A stretch of 64,000 bases of DNA from positions 128,001 to 192,000 of the forward strand of contig CAWCPV010000003.1 in assembly GCA_963797555.1 (NCBI GenBank). Direction: 5' to 3'. The notes under the pieces are model-generated. The model was not told where the DNA came from and made no database searches. It was given only the letters and a program-made list of their open reading frames with translations. The stretch's first letter is position 1; each line of letters opens with the position of its first letter. Below, piece after piece: positions 1 to 9,923 of the stretch. A program made the translations under genes and the position numbers. Source of the stretch: an uncultured Gammaproteobacteria bacterium. GTDB taxonomy: Bacteria; Pseudomonadota; Gammaproteobacteria; CAWCPV01.

Positions 1-377
1 GAGTCGTATATGAGATCCTGCCAATCCATCAGATCCTGGACACCGAAACGATGGCCCAACGCCTTATGGACCCACCGGAACGGCCCGACCTCACGCCGGT
101 ACGTGCGGCGCATCAACTCCAGTTTGCGGATAGGCGTGTACTTCGGATTCTTGGTCTGGACGAAGAAATGACACGCCTCGGCGCACTGCCCGCAGTGGAC
201 GCAGGATTCCAGCCAGAGCGCGGTGTCGCTCCAGGAGTCGCGCACGAAGGCACGGACGGCGCGGCCAATCCGCTCGGCGTCAGACAAGTCGCCCTGCATG
301 TCGATGCGCTGCTCTGCCTTGACCGCGGTGGCCCGAGTCTCCGAGGCCGCCGACGAGTGCAGTTCTGTCTCGGTCAT
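1..377 (-). CDS. (Fe-S)-binding oxidoreductase subunit (HdrD/GlpC/HmcF-like), N-terminal part; runs off the window start
   Basis: Manual translation from ATG at 377 gives MTETELH...LESCVHCGQCAEACHFF...WQDLIYDS, with a CxxCxxCxxxC 4Fe-4S motif and no stop before position 1. It is absent from the ORF track. Confidence 0.8.
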   Translation of the reverse strand, partial: MTETELHSSAASETRATAVKAEQRIDMQGDLSDAERIGRAVRAFVRDSWSDTALWLESCVHCGQCAEACHFFVQTKNPKYTPIRKLELMRRTYRREVGPFRWVHKALGHRFGVQDLMDWQDLIYD

Positions 378-931
378 GCGTGCTCTCCCCTGCGTTCACG
401 CGAGACAGGCTGCGTGTCTCGCAAACAATGACCGCTTTTCGCCAAAGGCGATCGGTGAGACGTGTGGTAACTGAGGCTGCAAAGTCAGCTTCTACTCTTT
501 TTGTGCGCTGTACGTCAAGAGGGTATCCTGGCTCGGCGTCGCTGCCCCGCTCGGGCTGCGCTCACGGGGGATCGTGGCCCAGGCGGTCGAGCCTGCCGCC
601 GGCCAGTCTTGGGTCGCCGCAATGCGGGTCGTCGTCGGCTTCGCTGGGCAGCCCGTTGGCGACCACTGTCGCCTCTTGGCCCAACGGATGCTGGAGAACT
701 GTGAGGCGGTCGGAGCCGCGCGACCGGCGGCTCGCGGTGACAACCCCGCCGAGCCTTGCCGGCCAAGATCGCCACCGAGACGACCCGGCGCAGTCTGGCT
801 GCGGTGTTCCCAGTAGCTTGGCATCCGGCTAAACTCTTGGCCTGCCCGCAGAGCGTTTTACGGACACGCGGGATCGCGGCCTCCAAGAGCGGTGATCCAC
901 CCCGACATTAGAGCCACAATGTGAGGGCCCC

Positions 932-2206
932 ATGGCAGAAATCACTCGACAACAACTGATACTCGCCCTGACCGACACCGGAGTGCGACCGCGCTTGGCG
1001 GGCGTCGATCTCAGCGGATTGGACCTGCGGTCACTCAACCTCAGCATGGCCGATCTCAGCGGCGCCAACCTGGCCGAAACAAACCTCAGCGGGGCCAACC
1101 TGAGCGGGGCTGAGCTGAGGAGAGCCAACCTGACCGAGACGGACCTGACCGGTGCGAGCCTGACCAAGGCCAGCCTCAGCAGAGTCGCCTCCGCAAAGGT
1201 CCGATTGAGCATGGCCGACCTCACCGAGGCCGACCTGACCGAGGTCCAGATGGAGGCAGCCAACCTGAGCGGGGCGGTCCTCAAGACAGCGGGTATGGCC
1301 GGAGCTCGTCTGGCGAGGGCCGTCATCACAGGCGCCGATCTGTGCGGGGCAAAGTTGAGCGGAGCGGACCTGCACGAGGCCAATCTGAGCGGGGCCAAGC
1401 TTTGCGGGACCGACCTCAAGAAGGCCACACTGAGCGGGGCCGACCTCAGTGGGGCCAATTTGTGCGGGGCTGATCTCGCCGGGGCCTACATGCTGGGGGC
1501 CAAGCTGAGCGGGGCCAATTTGTGCGGGGCCAACATCAGCGGGACCAACCTGACAGGCGCCAACTTGACCGACGCCAAAGTGTGCGGCAGCAACCTCAGT
1601 GGCGTCTTCCTGAGGGGCGGGGCTGTCCTGACCCGCTCGGACCTGAACCACGCCAACCTCTGCGGGGCAGATCTCAGCGGCGCCAATCTCGGCGCGGCGA
1701 TACTGGCAGCGACCAATCTGAGCGGGGCCAACTTGAGCGGGGCCAACCTGGAGAGAGCCGACCTGGCTTACGCCAATCTGGAAGATGTCAACTTGAGCCG
1801 CGCCAACCTGAACGGGGCCATCATGACCAAGCTCAATCTGAGCAGAACCAGCCTGGTCGGAGCCGACCTGACCCATGCATTGATGTTCGAGGCGTATATG
1901 CCCAACGCCAATCTGAGCGACGCCAACCTCAGTCATGTCAATCTACACGACGCGAATCTGAACGGGGCGGACCTGAGCCGAGCCACGCTGATCCACGCCG
2001 ATCTGACCTCTGCCGATCTCCGTGGGGCCAACCTGAAAGGCGCCCGATTGGCCCATGCCGACATGAACAGAGCCAATCTGAGCGGGGCCGACCTGACCGG
2101 TGCCGACCTGAGCGGGGCCAACCTTCGAGTCCGCTACGACGACGCCACTCGTTGGCCCGAAGGCTTCGCCCCCGGGCCTGAGGCCATTCATGTCAGCCGG
2201 TACTGA
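932..2206 (+). CDS. Pentapeptide repeat protein
   Basis: The 424-aa ORF consists almost entirely of A(D/N)L(S/T/C)G repeats and ends in a YDDATRWPEGF tail. Confidence 0.95.
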   Translation: MAEITRQQLILALTDTGVRPRLAGVDLSGLDLRSLNLSMADLSGANLAETNLSGANLSGAELRRANLTETDLTGASLTKASLSRVASAKVRLSMADLTEADLTEVQMEAANLSGAVLKTAGMAGARLARAVITGADLCGAKLSGADLHEANLSGAKLCGTDLKKATLSGADLSGANLCGADLAGAYMLGAKLSGANLCGANISGTNLTGANLTDAKVCGSNLSGVFLRGGAVLTRSDLNHANLCGADLSGANLGAAILAATNLSGANLSGANLERADLAYANLEDVNLSRANLNGAIMTKLNLSRTSLVGADLTHALMFEAYMPNANLSDANLSHVNLHDANLNGADLSRATLIHADLTSADLRGANLKGARLAHADMNRANLSGADLTGADLSGANLRVRYDDATRWPEGFAPGPEAIHVSRY

Positions 2207-2354
2207 CCCGAGTCCTGTCGGAAGGGGTTCGCGGTGGATCGCGGATCCGGCGGCGCGCACTCCGGCGGCTGCCCGGCGAGTGACTCGAAGGGCATTTTCG
2301 TGCGAGCCCCCGTTAGAATGACGACCGGTCGCCGACGCGACCGGTACCAGTACC

Positions 2355-5198
2355 ATGGCACGTATAGCCGGCAAGAAGAGGCAGCCCCAGAGCCGTAGGG
2401 TCCAGCGCCCGCCGCAGGCGCGCCCTCGGTTCCAGGGCTGGGCGACCAGCGACCAGGACGAGATCGAGCGCCGCCGCCTGCGCGGCATCGAGGAAGACAT
2501 CGTCGTCGAGCCCCTGGAGCCGGAACACGGGCCCTTCGGCACCTTCCTGGCCCGTTCCGGCAGCGGCGAGACCTACCATGTGGAGATCCGCTCGCTGGTC
2601 GACCCGGCCAACTCCTGCGAGTGCCCTGACCATCAGGTCAACCGCCTGGGGACCTGCAAGCACATCGAGGCCACGCTGCACCGCCTGCGCAAGGAGGATA
2701 AGGGCGAGCTAGCGGACTGGACGGCCAGAGGCCCGCGGCGTGTCGAGGTGTACCTGGACCGGCGCGACGGACGGCTCAGGATCGCCTGGCCGAAGGGCAG
2801 CCGCGGCCGCTCGCAGGCGCGCGAGATGCTCTCGCCGTTCTTCTCCGCCGACGACACCCTGCTGGCCGACCCCCTGACCGCGGTGTCCGCCCTGCGCCGC
2901 GAGGTCGACAGGACCGCTCCCGGCCTGCGGGCCAAGATCCGCCTCTCCCGCCACTTGGAGCCCTGGCTGGAAGACCTGCGCCACGTGGCCGAACGGGAGC
3001 GCGCCCGCGCGGCCTTCCTGGCGGACGTAGCGAGCGGCAAGCGCAGCCTCGACGTCGTCAGCGTCCCGCTCTATCCCTATCAGCGGGAGGGCATGCTCCA
3101 CCTCGCCTTCACCGGGCGGGCACTGCTGGCGGACGAGATGGGTCTCGGCAAGACCGTCCAGGCCGTCGCCGCTTGCGAGCTGCTGCGCCGGCTGCACGGC
3201 GTCGAGCGGGTGCTGGTGATTGCACCGGCCTCCCTCAAGGCCGAGTGGGAGGAGCAGATCGCCAAGTTCACCGCCCTGCCCTCGCTCATCGTCCAGGGGC
3301 CGCGCGCTGCGAGGCTGCGACAGTATCGCGAGCGGGCCTTCTTCTATCTCATGAACTACGAGCAGGTGCGGCCGGACCGCCGGGATATCGACGAGGTCCT
3401 CGCCCCCGACGTGGTCATCCTGGACGAGGCCCAGCGCATCAAGAACTGGCAGACCAAAACGGCCGAGGCCGTGAAGCGCCTCTCGAGCCGCTACGCCTTC
3501 GTGCTCACCGGCACCCCCATCGAAAATCGCATCGACGAGCTGTACTCCATCGTCCAGTTCCTGGACCCGCACCTGTTCGGCCCCCTGTTCCGCTTCAACC
3601 GCGACTTCTACCAGCTCGACGAGCAGGGGCGGCCCGCCGGCTACAAGAACCTGGACGAGTTGCACCGGCGCTTGCGGCCGGTCATGCTGCGCCGGCGCAA
3701 GGAGGAGGTGGAGGGGCAGCTCACGGGCCGGACGGTGAACACCTTCTTCGTGTCCATGGCAGAGGAGCAGGCCGTGCGCTACGAGGAATACCAGGAAAGG
3801 GTCGCCCGCCTGGCCGCCCAGGCGCGGCGCCGGCCGCTCACCAAGGAGGAGCTGGAGAAGCTCCAGAAGTGGCTCGCCTGCATGCGCATGCTCTGCGACA
3901 CCCCGTACATCCTCGATCCGAAGTGCCGCCTCTCTCCCAAGCTCGACGAGCTGGAGAACATCCTGGCCGACCTGAGCGATGACGGCGACCACAAGATCAT
4001 CGTCTTCTCCGAGTGGGAGCGGATGCTGGAGCTGGTGCGGGAGCTTGCCGGGCGCCTCAAGCTCGACTTCGCCTGGCACACCGGAAGCACCGAGCAGGGC
4101 CGGCGCCGCAAGGAGATCCGCCGCTTCAAGGACGACCCGCAGTGCCGGCTGTTCCTGTCCACCGACTCGGGGAGCGTGGGGCTCAACCTGCAGGTCGCCG
4201 ACGTGGTGATCAACCTCGATCTGCCCTGGAATCCGGCCCGGCTGGAGCAGCGCATCGCCCGCGCCTGGCGCAAGCACCAGACCCGTGCGGTGCAGGTCAT
4301 CAACCTGGTGTGCGAGCACTCCATCGAGCACCGCATGCTGCACCTGCTGGAGCAGAAACGCACGCTGGCCCAAGGCGTGGTCGACGGTGCCGGTGAGGTC
4401 ACCGAGATGGCTCTGCCCTCCGGTCGGGCGGCCTTCCTGGAGAAGGTCGGCAGCCTTCTCGGGCAGCCGATGCCCGGAGCACGAGCCGCCGAGCACGAGC
4501 CGACCGAAGACCCCACGGAGCGGCTGCGTCAGGACATCCTGGCGCGCTGGAGCGAGCGCCTCGATCTGCTGGAGATCCACGCTGCCGGGAACGGCTCGCC
4601 CACGGTGCTCGCGGTCGTGGACCGCGCGGACGAGGCGGCTCGCACGCAGATGACACGGTCCGCGGAGGAGCATCTCGCCGGACAGTCCCCCCGCGTGGAG
4701 GTCCTGGACCGGGACACTTACGACGCAATCCAGCGGCTCATTGAAGCAGGGGTGCTGAGCCTCAACGCCCAAGGAGCGAAGACGCTGCACCACAGCCCCG
4801 CCGTTGCGACCCGGCGCGCCGGGGAGCGGGAGAAGCGTTTAGTCGAGGCACGCAAGCGGTTCGAGGACGCCCGGCGCAAGCAGCGCATGGCGCGGGTGCT
4901 CGCCGAAGGCGGCTTTCCCAGGGAAGCCCTGGCGCCCTTGCGCGAAGCCGTGGAGACGGCGCTGCAGTCGCTCGCCTGCCTGGTAGGCGAGGAGTCCGCG
5001 ACCGCCGTTCCGGCCGACTTGGTGCAGTCCAGGCTGGTCGCGGAAGGCCTGGTGTCTCCGGAGACTCCCTCGCTCGTCGCAAGATTGCGGGACGGCGCAG
5101 AGGCGGGGAGCGAAGAGCAGGCGAGGGAGCTGCTCGACATTGGGCACGGCCTCCTGGATCACGCTGCAGGCGAATTGGAGAAGCCAGCGTTCCCGTAG
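2355..5198 (+). CDS. SWIM zinc-finger / SNF2-family helicase with C-terminal extension
   Basis: SWIM motif CECPD...CKHI; helicase motifs LADEMGLGKT, ILDEAQRIKN, LTGTPIEN, GLNLQ, WNPARLEQRIAR. Confidence 0.92.
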   Translation: MARIAGKKRQPQSRRVQRPPQARPRFQGWATSDQDEIERRRLRGIEEDIVVEPLEPEHGPFGTFLARSGSGETYHVEIRSLVDPANSCECPDHQVNRLGTCKHIEATLHRLRKEDKGELADWTARGPRRVEVYLDRRDGRLRIAWPKGSRGRSQAREMLSPFFSADDTLLADPLTAVSALRREVDRTAPGLRAKIRLSRHLEPWLEDLRHVAERERARAAFLADVASGKRSLDVVSVPLYPYQREGMLHLAFTGRALLADEMGLGKTVQAVAACELLRRLHGVERVLVIAPASLKAEWEEQIAKFTALPSLIVQGPRAARLRQYRERAFFYLMNYEQVRPDRRDIDEVLAPDVVILDEAQRIKNWQTKTAEAVKRLSSRYAFVLTGTPIENRIDELYSIVQFLDPHLFGPLFRFNRDFYQLDEQGRPAGYKNLDELHRRLRPVMLRRRKEEVEGQLTGRTVNTFFVSMAEEQAVRYEEYQERVARLAAQARRRPLTKEELEKLQKWLACMRMLCDTPYILDPKCRLSPKLDELENILADLSDDGDHKIIVFSEWERMLELVRELAGRLKLDFAWHTGSTEQGRRRKEIRRFKDDPQCRLFLSTDSGSVGLNLQVADVVINLDLPWNPARLEQRIARAWRKHQTRAVQVINLVCEHSIEHRMLHLLEQKRTLAQGVVDGAGEVTEMALPSGRAAFLEKVGSLLGQPMPGARAAEHEPTEDPTERLRQDILARWSERLDLLEIHAAGNGSPTVLAVVDRADEAARTQMTRSAEEHLAGQSPRVEVLDRDTYDAIQRLIEAGVLSLNAQGAKTLHHSPAVATRRAGEREKRLVEARKRFEDARRKQRMARVLAEGGFPREALAPLREAVETALQSLACLVGEESATAVPADLVQSRLVAEGLVSPETPSLVARLRDGAEAGSEEQARELLDIGHGLLDHAAGELEKPAFP

Positions 5199-5316
5199 CC
5201 AGAATGGCCGCGGGCGAAATTACGCTCAAAGCCTGGCCCAAAGCCCTTTATCCTCAACGCGATAATTGAACGGAGATGCGGTCGCTGCGGTGTAGCCCAT
5301 GGGCTACACTATCTTA

Positions 5317-5607
5317 GTGCTCGAAGTCCGGCAGACGGATGACTATGCACGGTGGTTCAGCGGCTTACGTGACCGACAGGCGCGGGCGCGCATCGATGCG
5401 CGTATTCGCCGTTTGTCGCTGGGCAATCCCGGCGACGTTAGACCGGTGGGCGAAGGCGTGTCGGAGCTGCGCATCGACTACGGCCCGGGCTATCGGGTCT
5501 ATTTCGTGCAGCGCGGCCGCGAGCTGGTAATCCTGCTCGCAGGGGGCGACAAGGGTACCCAGGACCGAGATATCCAGACCGCGCTGGAGCTGGCGCGCCG
5601 ACTCTAG
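5317..5607 (+). CDS. Addiction-module killer protein (RelE/HigB-like toxin)
   Basis: GNPGDVRPVGEGVSELRIDYGPGYRVYF...LLAGGDK signature; lies upstream of an HTH antidote gene. Confidence 0.9.
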   Translation: MLEVRQTDDYARWFSGLRDRQARARIDARIRRLSLGNPGDVRPVGEGVSELRIDYGPGYRVYFVQRGRELVILLAGGDKGTQDRDIQTALELARRL

Positions 5608-5616
5608 GAGACTGAG

Positions 5617-5955
5617 ATGGAACAGTACAAACTGGAAACCAGGCCGTGGGATGTGGCGGAGCACCTGGAAACCGAGGCGGACATGGCCGCCTACCTCGAG
5701 GCCGTGCTGGAGGAGGGCAACCCGGCGCTGGTCACGGCCGCGCTCGGCGACATCGCGCGCGCCAAGGGCATGACCCAGATCGCCCGCGAAACGGGCCTGA
5801 CGCGTGAGAGCCTTTACAAGGCGCTGTCCCCCGAGGGCAACCCTGAATTCGCCACGGTGCTGAAGGTAGTCCGGGCACTGGGGCTGCGGCTGCACGCCAC
5901 GGCCGCTGCCGGTGTGTCCGCGCCGCCAGCGAAGGGCACCGGGCCATCGGTCTGA
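5617..5955 (+). CDS. Addiction-module antidote protein (HTH antitoxin)
   Basis: ALGDIARAKGMTQIARETGLTRESLYKALSPEGNPEFATV signature; starts 9 nt after the toxin. Confidence 0.9.
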   Translation: MEQYKLETRPWDVAEHLETEADMAAYLEAVLEEGNPALVTAALGDIARAKGMTQIARETGLTRESLYKALSPEGNPEFATVLKVVRALGLRLHATAAAGVSAPPAKGTGPSV

Positions 5956-6104
5956 AAACCGGGCCAACTCGGCGTCCCCCAAGCGCGATTCATCCCCGAG
6001 CCCACGTCGGGTGTCAGTTCGCATATGACGGCTGATGCCTGAAGGGCGATCCGCGGCACGAACTATTGGTCGGCAGGCTGCGTAGAACCGCCCGGGATCC
6101 CGGC

Positions 6105-6370
6105 AGCACCGAGCAGGGCCGGCGCCGCAAGAAGATCCGCCGCTTCAAGGACGACCCGCAGTGCTCGAAGGAGTGCTCGCACACCGATCGAGATTGATCA
6201 CCACGTCGGCTGAACCTCCAGGTCGCCCCACGCTGCCCGAGTCGGTGGACAGGAACAGCCGCGACGGCGCACAGGCGGACAGCGAAGAGCAGGCGAGGGA
6301 GTTGCTCGATGCGGGGTACACCGTCCTGGACCATGTCGGCGGTGAACTGGAGAGGGCAGCCCGGGCCTAG
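6105..6370. pseudogene. Scrambled remnant of a second copy of the SNF2 helicase gene
   Basis: 6105-6164 matches 4086-4145. 6165-6261 matches 4307-4327 and 4146-4221 in reverse complement. 6262-6370 resembles 5090-5198. Confidence 0.85.
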
Positions 6371-6596
6371 CAGATCCGGCCGTGTCAGCGGGCTCGCGCC
6401 AATCCATGTCTGTCAGGCCCGTGGCAAGCCACCTTTCCGGAGGGGACATCTTGGCTTCCAAGCCATGTCGCCCGTGCCTGGCTAGGGGGAAAGGAGCCCT
6501 AGCGGGTACCTGTCCCACGGAATGGAACCACGGTGCACATATCCAGGTCCTGAGCTGATGTGGCGCTCCCCCGCAAGCGGTGTTCCGTTGCCTGGT

Positions 6597-6992
6597 CTAG
6601 ACCCAAGTCTCCAGGGTCAATCCTGGCACGTTCTCGAAATGCCGCGCGTTGTTGCTTACCAACGTCGCACCAAGGCCGAGCGCGTGTGCGGCGATCAGCA
6701 TGTCCATGCAGCCGATGGGCGTGCCGCTCCGTTCCAGCGCGGTGCGCAGGCGGCCGTATCGGTCGGCGGCAGCCTCATCCCAGGGGATTACGCGGACCCG
6801 GCTGGCAAAATCGTCCACCTCAGCGCGGATCTCGGCACCTCTCGGGTGCCGCGCCGCACCGTAATAAAGCGCCGCGAGGACCACCGACGAGATCGCCAGA
6901 TTCTCCGTACCCACCCGGTCGAACTGAACCTTGACGGACGGGGGGCGCTTGCGCAGCACGTAGCTGCAGACGTCCGTATCGAGCATCCACAT
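6597..6992 (-). CDS. vapC: VapC PIN-domain toxin
   Basis: MLDTDVCSY...IGCMDMLIAAHAL...LVSNNARHF PIN motifs; overlaps the antitoxin stop. Confidence 0.92.
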   Translation of the reverse strand: MWMLDTDVCSYVLRKRPPSVKVQFDRVGTENLAISSVVLAALYYGAARHPRGAEIRAEVDDFASRVRVIPWDEAAADRYGRLRTALERSGTPIGCMDMLIAAHALGLGATLVSNNARHFENVPGLTLETWV

Positions 6993-7222
6993 CAGAACAG
7001 CCCCCGCGCCTTGGGCGGCGGGTCGCGGCGGTCAGTGAGGAAATCGTCGGGCACACTCGACGGCCGTGAAAAGAAGTCTTCCCAGCCCTGCGGCTTGGAC
7101 CGCAAGATGACCTTGTCACCGTCCCGCTCGATGTAGACTTCGTCGCCGTCGAAGCGGAACTCGGCCGGCAGCCGCACCGCCTGGCTGCGGCCGTTCATGA
7201 ACAGCTTCGCTGTGCGCGGCAT
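6992..7222 (-). CDS. vapB: VapB (AbrB/VagC-type) antitoxin
   Basis: [20 protein letters not shown] signature; ATG at 7222. Confidence 0.92.
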   Translation of the reverse strand: MPRTAKLFMNGRSQAVRLPAEFRFDGDEVYIERDGDKVILRSKPQGWEDFFSRPSSVPDDFLTDRRDPPPKARGLF

Positions 7223-7429
7223 CGAATGCGTCCTCCCAGATTGATATAGACCGTAGTATATATTAGCCAAGGCGAATCTTTACGCCGGCTGGCCCGCGGG
7301 GATGGCTGCGGAAACTCATCACGGTGAAGTATCGGGCCCCCACGCCGCCAGGCGGTTGCAAGGTTCTCTCCGGGGCCGAATTAGCCAGAAAATGGTTCAA
7401 GACCTTTGGTTATAGGCGACCCGTGACTC

Positions 7430-9502
7430 TCACATCTTCAGGTCATCCAGAAACTCGGATGCCGGCTCCACGCCGGTGACGAGCAGGTCATCGCGGGCTC
7501 GGGTGCAGGCGACGTACAGCAGATGTCGCTCGGTGTCGTAGACCTCTTCCAGATCGGCATCATCGGCCACGGTCTCGATACGCGCCTGTAGCGGAATGAC
7601 CTCGTCGTCACAGGCCATCACCGCCACCGCTTTGAACTCCAGTCCTTTGACCAGATGCATGGTGCTGACCGAAAGCTGACCACTGACCGTTTCCACGTGC
7701 TCGTCCAGCACCTTGGACGGCAATCCGGCCTGGGCCGCCGCCGCGCGGGCGCGGTCCAGCTCCGCGTCCGATCGAACGAATACTCCGATCTCATGAGGTG
7801 CCATCCCCTCGTGACCGCGCTCTGCCAGCCAGGCGCCGACCGCGCTGATCTCCTCCTCTTGGCTGTCGAAGGTGCGGATTTGAGGGGCCGGCCCGTTGAA
7901 CAGCGACACCGTGCCGCGCCGTTCCTCGGCATTGCCGTCCACATCGGATAGCTCCGGCCCCAGCAGGCGGTCGGCCTGCATCCGGATCTGATGCGAGGTG
8001 CGGTAGTTGACGTGCAGGGTGCGCGAGCGCCCGCGTATATCCACGCCGAGCGACTTCCACGAAAAGGGTTGCTGGAAGATGCGCTGGCCGAGATCGCCCG
8101 CGAAGAACAGGCCGTTCGTTCGATCCGCCCCGAGCGCGGCGAGGAAACGCAACTCCGCGACGCCGACATCCTGCGCTTCATCTACCACGACGTGCTCGAA
8201 GGGCGGATGTTCGCGGTCGGCCAACCGGGCGGCCAGGCGGGTGAACAGGCCCGAGTGAGTGATGATGCCTTCAGCCTTCAGGCGTGCACGCACGGCATCG
8301 AAGACGGACCAGACTGCTGCCCGCTGCGGCTCCGGCAGGCGCGTTTTCCTGCCCAAGCGCTTGACGTTGCGATAGGCCTCCCAGCTCTCCACCTGCCACG
8401 CATCCACCAGTTCCTCCCACTCGGCCACTAAGAAATTGAGGTTGAACCTCTGACCGCCGACCTCTGCCGCGGCCTCCGCCAGTCGCTGCCGAATCATGTC
8501 GCGGGAGGCGATGCGCGGGCGGCCGAAGTGGCGCTCGTAGAGCCGCTCACCGATGGCGTTCGTGGCATGCACCTCCAGGCGCTCGGCCAGGCGCGGCTCG
8601 TTGCTGATCAAGCGCCTGAGTTTGGTGCGCAGCGCATTCGCCAGAGCGTCGGAGAAGGTGGTCAGCAGCACGCGGGCTTCGGGATGGCTGCGAGCGAGAA
8701 ACACCGCCCGGTGCAGAGCGACGATGGTCTTGCCCGTACCCGCCGAGCCGGAGACGCGCGCCGGGCCGCTGTAGTCGCGCTCCACCCACTGGCGCTGCGC
8801 GGGGTGGAGAAAGACCATCCACTTCTCCCACGGAAACGCCAGCGCGCGCTCCAGCTCCTCGATGTCGCTCATTACCCGGAAGCGGCGCTGAGCGTCCGGG
8901 TGACTGTAGGGGTCGGCGCCCGCGGCAACGGGTTGGCTGACCTGCGGCCTGCCGCCCGTGGCCAACTCCAGCAGAGCCTCGGCCGCCTCGGCGGGCAAAT
9001 GGTCGGCGATTGCCAGCAGGCTGTCTTCGTCGGCCTGGCGTACGTCGCCCAGCCACTCTGCCGGCACACCGTAGCTCAGCAGCTCATCGTCGGTGCGATG
9101 CGCGAACAGAAGCGGCTCGGCAGGGGCAGGTCGCGGAACCTCGATGTACTTCGGTACGGCGACCTCCTCCACCCGCTCGCGGATCTCCACCCACTGTGCC
9201 GCCCCGGTCTTGAAGTGGGTTTCCAGCTTGCGGCGGTTCGCCCACTCGTACGCCTCGTCGTGGTGATCGACGTAGCACAGCAGCAGGCTGTGCTCGGTCC
9301 TGTGCACGATGAGCCGAATATCACTGCTCACCCGCACCGACCAGAAGTTCTTGTCCCTGGCCTTGTCCAGCTTGTGGAAGCTCAGGCCCGGACCCGCGGG
9401 GTTCAGTTGCAGGTCGAAGGCCGTGGTCTTGACCGCCTTCTGCTCCTCGCCGGTGAGCTTGGCGAGGCTGTCGGTAAAGGTGTCGGAGATGCGGAAATTC
9501 AT
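7430..9502 (-). CDS. UvrD-like SF1 helicase with N-terminal RelE-like domain
   Basis: GSAGTGKT, VVDEAQD, GDLGQRIF, NYRT, KGLEF and YVACTRAR motifs. The N-terminal ~90 aa (LSFHKL...WSVRVSSDIRLI) resemble RelE/ParE. Confidence 0.88.
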   Translation of the reverse strand: MNFRISDTFTDSLAKLTGEEQKAVKTTAFDLQLNPAGPGLSFHKLDKARDKNFWSVRVSSDIRLIVHRTEHSLLLCYVDHHDEAYEWANRRKLETHFKTGAAQWVEIRERVEEVAVPKYIEVPRPAPAEPLLFAHRTDDELLSYGVPAEWLGDVRQADEDSLLAIADHLPAEAAEALLELATGGRPQVSQPVAAGADPYSHPDAQRRFRVMSDIEELERALAFPWEKWMVFLHPAQRQWVERDYSGPARVSGSAGTGKTIVALHRAVFLARSHPEARVLLTTFSDALANALRTKLRRLISNEPRLAERLEVHATNAIGERLYERHFGRPRIASRDMIRQRLAEAAAEVGGQRFNLNFLVAEWEELVDAWQVESWEAYRNVKRLGRKTRLPEPQRAAVWSVFDAVRARLKAEGIITHSGLFTRLAARLADREHPPFEHVVVDEAQDVGVAELRFLAALGADRTNGLFFAGDLGQRIFQQPFSWKSLGVDIRGRSRTLHVNYRTSHQIRMQADRLLGPELSDVDGNAEERRGTVSLFNGPAPQIRTFDSQEEEISAVGAWLAERGHEGMAPHEIGVFVRSDAELDRARAAAAQAGLPSKVLDEHVETVSGQLSVSTMHLVKGLEFKAVAVMACDDEVIPLQARIETVADDADLEEVYDTERHLLYVACTRARDDLLVTGVEPASEFLDDLKM

Positions 9503-9506
9503 CGGG

Positions 9507-9923
9507 CTACCGGCGCATGTACGAAAAGCGCGGAGCCATTCTCTGTGCCTGATCCATCCAGAAGTGCTTCAGCTCACTGTCCGGAAGATCGCGCGAGTCG
9601 TGCCAGCCTATGATGTTGGCGTCCTGAGGGTACGGTTTGCCGTCCGCGTCAAACCCCAGACCGATTGCAAACACCGCTTCGGCAGGGCCGACGCCGCGGC
9701 CAATTGCCGGCCTTGGTGCGTGTTTGTCAAAGTACGTCGAGCAGATTTCCCAAACCTGTGCCTCGGTCAGGTGCTGCGACCGGCAAACCGATGTCTCCAG
9801 TCTTCCGTTAGGCATCTTGTCTCGGCGCCGGGGCATCAGGCGTGAATAGTGAATCGAGTTGGTTCTCTTGACCACGTGTTCGGGCCGAAACACAAAGGTG
9901 CTTAACGATTCATCAGGCTGCAC
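9507..9923 (-). CDS. Hypothetical protein, third gene of the TIGR04255 cassette (start uncertain; in-frame GTG at 9923)
   Basis: Open frame overlapping the stop of the upstream gene; contains LETSVCR...DANIIGW. Confidence 0.6.
   Translation of the reverse strand: MQPDESLSTFVFRPEHVVKRTNSIHYSRLMPRRRDKMPNGRLETSVCRSQHLTEAQVWEICSTYFDKHAPRPAIGRGVGPAEAVFAIGLGFDADGKPYPQDANIIGWHDSRDLPDSELKHFWMDQAQRMAPRFSYMRR

Noticed and set aside
932-2206. 15-nt periodic DNA repeats as a non-coding array
   Set aside because: Fully explained by pentapeptide-repeat coding.
2709-4793. Long antisense ORFs (also 58731-61388, 54683-56239, 8528-9613)
   Set aside because: These are shadow frames opposite well-supported genes, as expected in high-GC DNA.
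6016-6043. dif/pdif-like site (AGTTCGCATAT-6 nt-TGATGCCTGAA)
   Set aside because: Only the XerC-like arm resembles the consensus; the XerD arm is poor and no partner site was found.
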